From: Myxococcota bacterium
GTDB lineage: Bacteria; Myxococcota_A; UBA796; SXON01
Direction of reading: 5' to 3'
NCBI GenBank assembly: GCA_040386535.1
Contig: JAZKFH010000005.1
Coordinates: 190,298 to 254,297 of the forward strand
Length of the DNA stretch: 64,000 nucleotides
Below are positions 47,125 to 54,972 of this stretch, one piece after another (position 1 is the stretch's first letter; every line of letters starts with the position of its first letter). The notes beneath the pieces are model-generated. The model was given only the letters and a program-made list of their open reading frames with translations, did not search any database and was not told the origin of the DNA. The translations under genes were made by a program, and so were the position numbers.

Positions 47125-47406
47125 CGCGGACGTGACGGAAGGACCTCCCCGACCATTCCACCCGTTTCAGAGCTTCCGCGAGATCATGATCCGTGATCGG
47201 CTCGTACGCGGCAGGCGGGTAGTCTCCGTGCCCGTCCGGCGCGAGCGGATCGGCGTCCACGACGACACCGTCCAGCGTCAGCCCCAGAGGCACGCCGCGG
47301 ATGCGGGTCCTGCTCGTCGATCTGGCCGCGGCCCTCCGCTCCGCCGCCTCTCGAACCTCTTTCTGAGCGACGAGCCCGCGCCTTCCCTGCGCGAGCATGG
47401 CTCCCG

Positions 47407-48171
47407 ATGGCGCTGCTCGGCCTGCCCGCTGCGGCCGTCCAGCTCGACGGCGCATGGATGCTCGGGGGGATTAGCGCCGTCCTTGCGACGGCGAGCGCGG
47501 GCGCGGTCTCGCAGTTCACACGGCAGAAGGCCGAGCGGGCGCGTCTCGAAATCGAAGATCGTGCGGTGTTCGAGCAGGCAGAGACGGACCGTCGGGCGCA
47601 GCACGACAAGGAACAGGCGCACAAGGGTCAGGAGCACGCCGCTGAAGAAGGGGCAAGAGGTCGCCTGCGCGCTGCGTTGGACAGCGGCGATCCGCAGGCG
47701 CTGGCCGAGCTCCTACACGTCGAGCTCCTGAACGAGGACTTTCCGGTTCCCGTCGTCGCCGAGGCCGAGTTCGACGGGCTCACCATCGTCGAGATTGAGG
47801 TCACGCTTCCCGAACTGGACGACGTGCCGGAGGACCGCCCCAACGTCCTCGCTTCCGGGAAGTTGAGCCGCAAGAAGATCGCTGCGAAGGACCGCGTGAG
47901 CATCTACGAGGACCTGCGGCGTGGCATCGCGCTTCGGCTCGCGTACGAAACCCTCCGGGTCCTCCCGACAGTACAGCGGGTCCGATGCCGGGGCACCTTC
48001 ACGGAGACGGGGCCCCGCGGCGAGGACGTTGAGCGAGTCGCGCTGCTCCTCGACCTCGAGCGGGCGCAGCTCGGGGAAATCGACCTCGATCGAGCGGACC
48101 CGTCAACCGCCCTGCGCGCGCTCGGCAAGTTCGGCTGCACGAAGAAGGGCGAGTTGAGGGAGGTGGGGTAG
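47407..48171 (+). CDS. Hypothetical membrane-anchored protein, possibly 5'-truncated
   Basis: TM segment, coiled coil, then LPELDDVP...SGKLSRK...YED...LRLAYE; ends next to the ssrA terminator. Confidence 0.55.
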   Translation: MALLGLPAAAVQLDGAWMLGGISAVLATASAGAVSQFTRQKAERARLEIEDRAVFEQAETDRRAQHDKEQAHKGQEHAAEEGARGRLRAALDSGDPQALAELLHVELLNEDFPVPVVAEAEFDGLTIVEIEVTLPELDDVPEDRPNVLASGKLSRKKIAAKDRVSIYEDLRRGIALRLAYETLRVLPTVQRVRCRGTFTETGPRGEDVERVALLLDLERAQLGEIDLDRADPSTALRALGKFGCTKKGELREVG

Positions 48172-48220
48172 CAGGCGGAGGTCCCCTGCCGGGGCAGCAG
48201 CAGGGCAGCAAGCCCCCTCG

Positions 48221-48321
48221 CCGCTGCCCCTCGAACCCTCCGCCACCCCGAAAAAGCACAACGCCCGCCTGGTTTTCACCGGGCGGGCGTTGCAGGAATG
48301 GTGGAGGCGGCGGGAGTCGAA
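48221..48321 (-). repeat. Proximal att copy overlapping the ssrA 3' end
   Basis: Direct repeat of 24691..24791. Confidence 0.95.
48251..48292 (-). terminator. Intrinsic terminator of ssrA (duplicated at 24721..24762)
   Basis: Minus strand CAACGCCCGCCCGGT-GAAA-ACCAGGCGGGCGTTG followed by TGCTTTTT. Confidence 0.85.
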
Positions 48322-48667
48322 CCCGCGTCCGAAGCCCCTTCAAGAGTCAGAGATACGTGGCCTGCCGAAAACTCATCGGCGAGTGTCGTGATCTTTGATC
48401 ACCGTCAGAGCCCCCTGTTGAGTCTTCGCTCGCCCGGCGGGTGCTCGGCCCCGGGTCTGCTGCGGATCTGAAATATGCCCAGAAGAGTTCGATCACGCTC
48501 AACCGGACACCCAGGGGTCGCTATGCCTCTGGGACCTCAACTAAGCCGCGAGGGCCTCGCTGAAGTGGTTGCTGTTGTTGGCAGCTTACATTTGGATCGA
48601 TAGAGGCGACCCGCACCTTGCCACGCCCTTCGGCTGTCCAGAACCCCGTCGAAACCGGTACGCCCCC
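48299..48667 (-). ncRNA. ssrA: Transfer-messenger RNA; tag peptide (A)ANNSNHFSEALAA
   Basis: 5' GGGGGCG pairs with 3' CGCCTCC-ACCA including the G3:U pair; T-arm GCGGGTTCGACTCCCGC; tag reading frame 48582..48541 ends in LAA-stop. Confidence 0.97.
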
Positions 48668-48768
48668 GGTAGGGAAAGAGCACCGTGTGTTCCACGGCGC
48701 CGTGTCCGAGCCTAACGTGCTCCCGCGGCGTCCGATCGTCAAGGGGATCCCCTCCCCGGCCTGCACAT

Positions 48769-49242
48769 CTACCCGCACAGCACGCCGCTCTCGCACGCGT
48801 CCGCGGAGAAGGCGCCGCCCACGACATCGCCGCTGTCGAGCTCGATCCGGTAGGTGCCCGTGACCACGCCGCCCTCGGACGCGGTCACCACGACCTCTCC
48901 CGCGGTGCCGTACTGCTCGACGCCGCCGCCTGAGGGCGCGTACCAGGCGGTGCCGGAGCCGGCCTCGAAGGGGTAGGTGCCGGGCGCCAGCGGGAAGACG
49001 GCGCCCTCCCAGAGGGTGATGCGAACATGGGGCACGCCGTCGAACGAGGCGTCGCAGGTGGCCTCCTCCAGGCCGACGATGAGGCGCACGGCGGGGCCGT
49101 CGTCGGGGGCGCAGTCGGACTGGATGCGGGAGGGGCCGGCGGGGCCCGGGAGCACGCCGGTGTCCTCGGGCACCGAGGTATCCTCAGAACCGGTGTCGTC
49201 CACGCCGCCAGGACAGCCGACCAACAACATGACGAGCACCAT
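48769..49242 (-). CDS. Hypothetical lipoprotein
   Basis: Lipobox LLVGC, DTG-rich linker, RBS GAGG. Confidence 0.65.
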   Translation of the reverse strand: MVLVMLLVGCPGGVDDTGSEDTSVPEDTGVLPGPAGPSRIQSDCAPDDGPAVRLIVGLEEATCDASFDGVPHVRITLWEGAVFPLAPGTYPFEAGSGTAWYAPSGGGVEQYGTAGEVVVTASEGGVVTGTYRIELDSGDVVGGAFSADACESGVLCG

Positions 49243-49330
49243 CGGCACCTCCGACGCGAGTGTAGCCGGCAACGTGGGCACGCGGCGGGCAGTGAGTAGC
49301 CGCCCCACTGTCACGAACTGTGCCACACGG

Positions 49331-49347
49331 CTGGCATCGACGTTGAA
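49331..49347 (+). promoter_or_regulatory. Possible sigma-54-like promoter
   Basis: CTGGCATCGACGTTGAA has a good -24 element, but the -12 reads GA rather than GC; about 75 nt upstream of the stress genes. Confidence 0.3.
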
Positions 49348-49421
49348 CACCCCGCGCTCATGACTACCCAAGGAACACGAAGAGGCCGTGCCGCTGGATG
49401 GCTGGCCGGAGGGGAGGAGCG

Positions 49422-49814
49422 ATGCCACAGGACAAGAAGGGGCGCGGCGAAGGGGACATGACGGTCCGTGAAGCCGGGCGTTTGGGTGGAGAGAAACGCA
49501 GGGAGGAGCTTGGCTCCGAAGGCTACGCCGAGATCGGGAGGAAGGGCGGCGAGACCGTGGCGCGGGAGCGCGGCTCGGAGTTCTTCTCCGAGATTGGAAA
49601 GAAGGGCGGGGAGACCCGCAAGGAGCAGCTCGGCCACGAGGGCTACGCCGAGATCGGCCGCATGGGCGGCGAGGCGCGCAAGGAGCAGCTCGGCTCGGAA
49701 GGCTACGCCGAGATCGGCCACAAGGGCGGTCAACGCGTCCGCGAGCTCATCGAAGAGGGCAAGGAGGCCGAGGGGCGCCGCAACAAGGGCTCCGGGAGCG
49801 ACGAGGAACGCTGA
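49422..49814 (+). CDS. Em/GsiB-like hydrophilic stress protein (KGG repeats)
   Basis: [11 protein letters not shown] and 20-aa repeats of [26 protein letters not shown]. Confidence 0.85.
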   Translation: MPQDKKGRGEGDMTVREAGRLGGEKRREELGSEGYAEIGRKGGETVARERGSEFFSEIGKKGGETRKEQLGHEGYAEIGRMGGEARKEQLGSEGYAEIGHKGGQRVRELIEEGKEAEGRRNKGSGSDEER

Positions 49815-49892
49815 CGCGGCGCGGGGGGGCCCGAGGCCCTCCCAACCCCCAGCCGTCTCGTCGACGGGCCCGCAACCACGTTGGAGGAGATC

Positions 49893-50111
49893 ATGCCAAA
49901 AGATCAGGACAAAGGCGCCAGCGCCCCGAAGAGCGACGAAGACCGTGGCTCGATGACCGTCCGGGAAGCCGGACGCATGGGCGGCGAGAAGCGGCGCGAG
50001 GAGCTGGGTTCGGAGGGCTACGCGGAGATCGGGCACAAGGGCGGACAACGCGTCCGTGAGCTGATCGAGGCGGGAAAGCGCGCCGAGGGTGGAGAAGACA
50101 AGGACAAGTAG
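49893..50111 (+). CDS. Em/GsiB-like stress protein, short paralog
   Basis: [49 protein letters not shown]. Confidence 0.85.
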   Translation: MPKDQDKGASAPKSDEDRGSMTVREAGRMGGEKRREELGSEGYAEIGHKGGQRVRELIEAGKRAEGGEDKDK

Positions 50112-50209
50112 AACGGCGACGCGGGTCCCGGCCCGGTCGGGGCCCGCCTCTCGACGAGCGGGCATCCGCCACGCTGAGCGGGTAGCATGAGCGTCCCTCC
50201 GGATCGCCG

Positions 50210-51454
50210 ATGCTCCTCGCGCTCTTGTTTGCCTGTGACCCCGATGTCATCGAGCTGTTGGAGCGCCCCGAAGACACGGGCGAAGTGGCGGTCGAGACGG
50301 ACACGGAGACCGTGCCGGACAACGAGGACACCTCGGGCCGGGACACGGCCGACACCGAAGACACCACCAGCGACGAGGAGACGGAGGCGAAGTACCAGGC
50401 CTTCTACGATCCCGCCGTGGTGCAGGTGATCGAGCTGGAGCTGTCGCGGGACGCGATGCAGGACTTGCGACGGGATCCGTTCACGTACGTCGAGGGCGGC
50501 GTCACGATCAACGGCGAGCGATTCGACACGGTGGGGATCCGGCTCAAGGGGAGCTCGAGCTACCAGGACTTCGACGGCAAGCCGGCGTTCAAGATCAAGC
50601 TCAACAACTACGTTCCCGGCCAGAAATACGCGGGGCTCGAACGTGTCACGTTGAACAACATGGTCGGCGACCCCACCCAATCCAAGGAGATGATCGGGTA
50701 CGCGCTCTGGACCGCGCAGGGCATGCTGGTGCCGCGGGTGAGCTACGCGCGCGTGTCGCTGAACGGCGAGCTCCAGGGGCTCTACACCAACCTCGAAGCG
50801 ATGGACGACCACCTGCTGGAGCGCCACTACGGCGACGGCTCGGGCGACCTCTGGGAGGGAAACGACTCGGCCGACTTCTCGCGTCGGGGCCTGTCCCACT
50901 TCGAGCTGGTGTCGGGCGTCGGCGACTACGACGCGCTCGAGACGGTGAAGCAGACCCTCAACGGCGCGCCCGCCGACGCGTTCCTGGAGGAGGCCGACGC
51001 GGTCATCGACATGGACTCGTTCCTCGACTTCTGGGCCTACAGCATCGCGATCGGCAACGAGGACGGCTACCCCTACAACCTCAACGACTACTTCGTGTAT
51101 CGCGACGTGGGAGACGCCCGGTTCGACTTTGCTCCCTGGGGCATGGACGAGAGTTGGGACACAGGCATGGTTTGGAACGCCGTGACCGGCAACGTGGCAG
51201 AGGGCTGCCTGGACGACGAGGACTGTGTCACCGCGCTCTACGAACACACCGCCGAGGCCGTGCTCGCCTACGAGGCGATGGATCTCGAGTCCTGGGCCCT
51301 GGGCGTCTGGGATCTGTCGGAGCCCATCGTCGAGGAGGATCTGCGGCGCCCCTACAGCACCGCCGAGGTGCTCGCGGCGCGCTCGACGCTCCTGGCGCAG
51401 ATCACCGTCTGGCCCAGCCGCGTGCGTCGACAGATGGGCCTCCCCGCGCGCTGA
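50210..51454 (+). CDS. CotH kinase family lipoprotein
   Basis: Lipobox LLFAC; VGIRLKGSSS, KPAFKIK, GLYTNLE, N.DGY..NLNDY and APWGMD. Confidence 0.85.
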   Translation: MLLALLFACDPDVIELLERPEDTGEVAVETDTETVPDNEDTSGRDTADTEDTTSDEETEAKYQAFYDPAVVQVIELELSRDAMQDLRRDPFTYVEGGVTINGERFDTVGIRLKGSSSYQDFDGKPAFKIKLNNYVPGQKYAGLERVTLNNMVGDPTQSKEMIGYALWTAQGMLVPRVSYARVSLNGELQGLYTNLEAMDDHLLERHYGDGSGDLWEGNDSADFSRRGLSHFELVSGVGDYDALETVKQTLNGAPADAFLEEADAVIDMDSFLDFWAYSIAIGNEDGYPYNLNDYFVYRDVGDARFDFAPWGMDESWDTGMVWNAVTGNVAEGCLDDEDCVTALYEHTAEAVLAYEAMDLESWALGVWDLSEPIVEEDLRRPYSTAEVLAARSTLLAQITVWPSRVRRQMGLPAR

Positions 51455-51561
51455 CCGGCCCGCTGCTCCGCGAGGGACCGCGTCCCCGCTCGTTTCCCGC
51501 ACGCCTCCGCCCGCACCCGCCCGCCCCCGCCAGGATAGGCGCCCCGCCGCACCGAGCCGAC

Positions 51562-52224
51562 ATGCTCCCCTGGGTCAACCTCGCCACCTCCGCCACCCCC
51601 GACGGCACGCCGCTCACCCTCGACCAGCGGGGCACCGAGCTGGTGATCCGCGCGGGCGGGAAGGACCTTATGTCGAGCCGGATGCACGGCTCGGAAGAGG
51701 CGATGGCCGCGCTCGCCAAGCCTGCCGACCGTCCGAACGCGCGGATCCTCGTGGGGGGCCTCGGCATGGGGTTCACCCTCCGCGCGGCCCTCGGCGTCCT
51801 CCCGGCCGGTGGCATGTGCACGGTCGCCGAGCTGGTCCCCGCGGTGGTCGACTGGAACCGCGGCCCGCTGGGCCCGCTGGCGGGGCACCCCCTCGACGAT
51901 CCACGCGCCGTGCTGCGGATCGAGGACATCCGCGAGGTGTTGCGCACAACGCCGGACACGTGGGACAGCATCCTGCTCGACGTGGACAACGGCCCCGACG
52001 CGTTCACCCAGCCCGAGAACGACGCGATCTACACGATCGCGGGGCTCCAACGCGCCCGCATGGCGTTGCGGCGCGGCGGTGTCCTCGCGGTGTGGTCGGC
52101 CTACGAGTCGCCCGAGTTCCCAAAGCGCCTGCAGAAGGCCGGCTTCCGCCCCGAGTCCCACCGCGTGCGGGCGCGCGCCGAGGGCAAGGGCCCCCGACAC
52201 GTGATCTACATCGGCCGGATCTGA
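51562..52224 (+). CDS. Spermidine-synthase-like SAM-dependent methyltransferase
   Basis: LMSSRMHGSEE, ILVGGLGMGFTL, ILLDVDNGP and GGVLAVWS. Confidence 0.85.
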   Translation: MLPWVNLATSATPDGTPLTLDQRGTELVIRAGGKDLMSSRMHGSEEAMAALAKPADRPNARILVGGLGMGFTLRAALGVLPAGGMCTVAELVPAVVDWNRGPLGPLAGHPLDDPRAVLRIEDIREVLRTTPDTWDSILLDVDNGPDAFTQPENDAIYTIAGLQRARMALRRGGVLAVWSAYESPEFPKRLQKAGFRPESHRVRARAEGKGPRHVIYIGRI

Positions 52225-52228
52225 GCCC

Positions 52229-54772
52229 CTACGAGGCGCTCGGCGCCGGGACCTTCTCGGGCAGCTCCCCCGCGACGATGCCGACGGTCAGCCCCTCGAC
52301 CTCGGTGGCGTAGGTCGCGGTGTCGAACCGCACCTCGCCGGCGCGCGACACGGCCTGGATCGACGCCTTCATGGCGTGGACCACCTGCTGGAGTTCCGCG
52401 GGGGCGACGGAGAGATCGACCACGACAGCTTCGAGCGCCCGGGTCTGGGAGAGGCGCGCCTCGGTGCGGAGCTGGCGCACCGCGCGGAGGATGCCGCCCA
52501 CCACGAGCATCTCGGGCACCTCGGCGGTGCGGTCGGCGTCGAACTCGGGAAACCGCGTCACGTGCAGCGACACCGTGCCCTCGACCGGGCGGTAGATCGC
52601 CTGGTAGAGATCCTCGGTGGTGAACGGCACGAACGGCGCGTACAACCCCAGGATCACGCGGAGCGCCTCCCAGAGCGTGGCCCGCGCGGAGACCCGGGCC
52701 TCCTCGGAGTAGAGCTCCGGCTTCCAGAAGCGGTGCTTCACCATCTCGAGGTAGTCGTCGCAGAAGGTGGCCCAGAAGAAACGGTCGACCGACTCGCGCG
52801 CGACAGCGTAGTTGTAGGTCTCGAACCCCTCGGACACCACGGGCACGATCTTGTTGAGCTCGGTGAGGAGCCAGCGATCCTCGGGCTGCCGCTCGGCGAA
52901 GCTGGGGCGCGGCGCCTCGGGATCGAAGCCCTCGATCTGCATGAGCACGAAGCGCGCGGCGTTCCAGAGCTTGACCGCGAGCTTGCGGCCGTCCTTCACG
53001 TCCTTCTCGTTGAACTTCATGTCGTGGCCGAGGTGGCTGCCCGCCGCCCAGTACCGCAGCGCGTCCGCCCCGAACTTGTGGATGACACCGAACGGCTCGT
53101 AGCGGTTGTAGCCGTCCTTGTCGGTGAACTTCTCCAGATCGGTCTTGCTGATCTTCTTGCCGTTCTCGTTCAGGCCCCAACCCGAGATCATCACGTCCTT
53201 CCAGGGCAACGTGTCGAGGTGGGCGTCGCTCTTGATGAGCGTGTAGAACAGCCACGTCCGGATGATCTCGAACGCCTGCACGCGCACGGTCATCGGGTGG
53301 AGCGACATGTCGCCCTTGCGGCCCGGGGTCTCCGCCCAATTGGCATTGAGGAGCGGGGTGAGGGACGACGTCATCCACGTGTCCATCACGTCCGACTCGC
53401 CGCGGAATTCGGTGCTGCCACAATGCGGGCACTTGTCCACCGGGCAGGGCTCCTCGACCGGATCCACGGGGAGAGACGCCACGTCCGCGAGGATCGGCTC
53501 GTTACAGCCCTGGCAGTACCAGAGCGGGAACGGCACGCCGTAGAACCGCTGGCGGGAGATGTTCCAATCGTACTTGAGGCCCTCGATCCAATGATCGAGG
53601 CGCACCTTCATCCACGGCGGGTTCCAATTCAACTCGGCGCTACGGGCCAACATCTGCGGCTTGATGTCGAGCACGCGGATGAACCACTGGGGGGCCATGT
53701 TGAATTCGACCGGCACGCCCGACCGTTCGGCGATCGAAACGTTCTGCTCGACGGTGATCGACTTGCGGTGGAACCCACCCTCTGCCAACGCGCTCACGAT
53801 GGCGTTGCGGGCGAGCTCCGCGGTCATCCCCGCGAACTGGCCGGCGGCGGGCAACATCTTTCCGTCCGGCCCGATGACGAGGCGCGTCTCGAGCTTGTCG
53901 CGCTTCCACTTGCGCACGTCCTCGCCGTCGCCGAAGGTACACACCATCATCAGGCCGGTGCCGAAGGCGGGATCGACGGCCTCGTCCGTGAGGATGGGGA
54001 CCGCGTGGCCGAACAACGGCACGACCGCGGTGGTGCCCTTCAAGTGGGCGTACCGCTCGTCCTCGGGGTGGTGGTACAGCCCCACACACGCCGGGATGAG
54101 CTCGGGCCGCGTGGTCGAGATGACGAGCGGCGATCCGTCCGCGGACGCGGTGAACGCGATGTCGTGGAGCTTGCCCTTGCGCGCCATCGTGTCGAGGTCG
54201 GCCTGGGCCAGGGCGGTCTCGTAGTGGACGTCCCACAACACGGGCTCGTTGGAGCGGTACACGCGGCCCTTGCCGAACAAGTCGAGGAACGACTTCTGGG
54301 CGGTGCGACGACAGTGGTCGTCGATGGTCGAGTAGCGGAGCGTCCAATCGACGGAGAGCCCGAGCCCGCGCCAGAGCTCCTCGTACTGGGCGGCGCCCTT
54401 CCGGGTCTCCTCCAGGCAGAGAACGCGGAACGCCGCGCGCGTGGTGACGCGCTTGTTGATGTTGTAGGTCTTCTCGACGAACCGCTCGGTGGGGAGCCCG
54501 TTGTCGTCGAACCCCATCGGGTAGAACACCTTGCGGCCCTTCATCCGTTGGTAGCGGATGATGATCTCGGCCTGCGTGTAGGACATCGCGTGCCCGACGT
54601 GCAGGTGCGCGGCCGAGACGTAGGGCGGCGGCGTGTCGACCGAGAAGATCTCCCCGGGGGCGTCGGGGTCGTAGCGGTAGATGCCGCTCTCCTCCCAGAG
54701 GGTGCGGCAGCGCGCCTCGATCGAGGGCGCGTCGTAGTCCTTGGGGATCTCGGGGAGGGTCAGGGTCGCCAT
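52229..54772 (-). CDS. valS: Valine--tRNA ligase, type 2 (archaeal-like)
   Basis: DTPPP, HVGH, GFDDNGLPTER, TTRPE, WNISRQR, DVMDTWMTSS, KISKT and GADALRYW; no C-terminal coiled coil. Confidence 0.93.
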   Translation of the reverse strand: MATLTLPEIPKDYDAPSIEARCRTLWEESGIYRYDPDAPGEIFSVDTPPPYVSAAHLHVGHAMSYTQAEIIIRYQRMKGRKVFYPMGFDDNGLPTERFVEKTYNINKRVTTRAAFRVLCLEETRKGAAQYEELWRGLGLSVDWTLRYSTIDDHCRRTAQKSFLDLFGKGRVYRSNEPVLWDVHYETALAQADLDTMARKGKLHDIAFTASADGSPLVISTTRPELIPACVGLYHHPEDERYAHLKGTTAVVPLFGHAVPILTDEAVDPAFGTGLMMVCTFGDGEDVRKWKRDKLETRLVIGPDGKMLPAAGQFAGMTAELARNAIVSALAEGGFHRKSITVEQNVSIAERSGVPVEFNMAPQWFIRVLDIKPQMLARSAELNWNPPWMKVRLDHWIEGLKYDWNISRQRFYGVPFPLWYCQGCNEPILADVASLPVDPVEEPCPVDKCPHCGSTEFRGESDVMDTWMTSSLTPLLNANWAETPGRKGDMSLHPMTVRVQAFEIIRTWLFYTLIKSDAHLDTLPWKDVMISGWGLNENGKKISKTDLEKFTDKDGYNRYEPFGVIHKFGADALRYWAAGSHLGHDMKFNEKDVKDGRKLAVKLWNAARFVLMQIEGFDPEAPRPSFAERQPEDRWLLTELNKIVPVVSEGFETYNYAVARESVDRFFWATFCDDYLEMVKHRFWKPELYSEEARVSARATLWEALRVILGLYAPFVPFTTEDLYQAIYRPVEGTVSLHVTRFPEFDADRTAEVPEMLVVGGILRAVRQLRTEARLSQTRALEAVVVDLSVAPAELQQVVHAMKASIQAVSRAGEVRFDTATYATEVEGLTVGIVAGELPEKVPAPSAS

Positions 54773-54972
54773 GGTGCTCCGGTGCCGCGAGCCGGACCGC
54801 CAGGTGCGGTACCGGCGGGATCGCGGGGGCGGGCCTTTATCGACCGGACACCACCTTGTAAAGACGGGCGCTCGATCGCGGAGCCCCCGTCGGAAGCGAA
54901 ATACACCGGTTGAAATGCTCGGAATCGTCGTCGTCCCCCGAGGGTCGAAGGGGTCCTGATGGGAGGAACGCG

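Larger units (their letters stand above)
24691..48321. mobile_element. Genomic island of about 23.5 kb integrated in the tmRNA gene; no integrase recognised
   Basis: Flanking direct repeat that includes the ssrA 3' end; accessory cargo, a pseudogene and truncated genes inside. Confidence 0.9.

Noticed and set aside
52376..54913. 845-aa plus-strand ORF
   Set aside because: Antisense shadow of valS.
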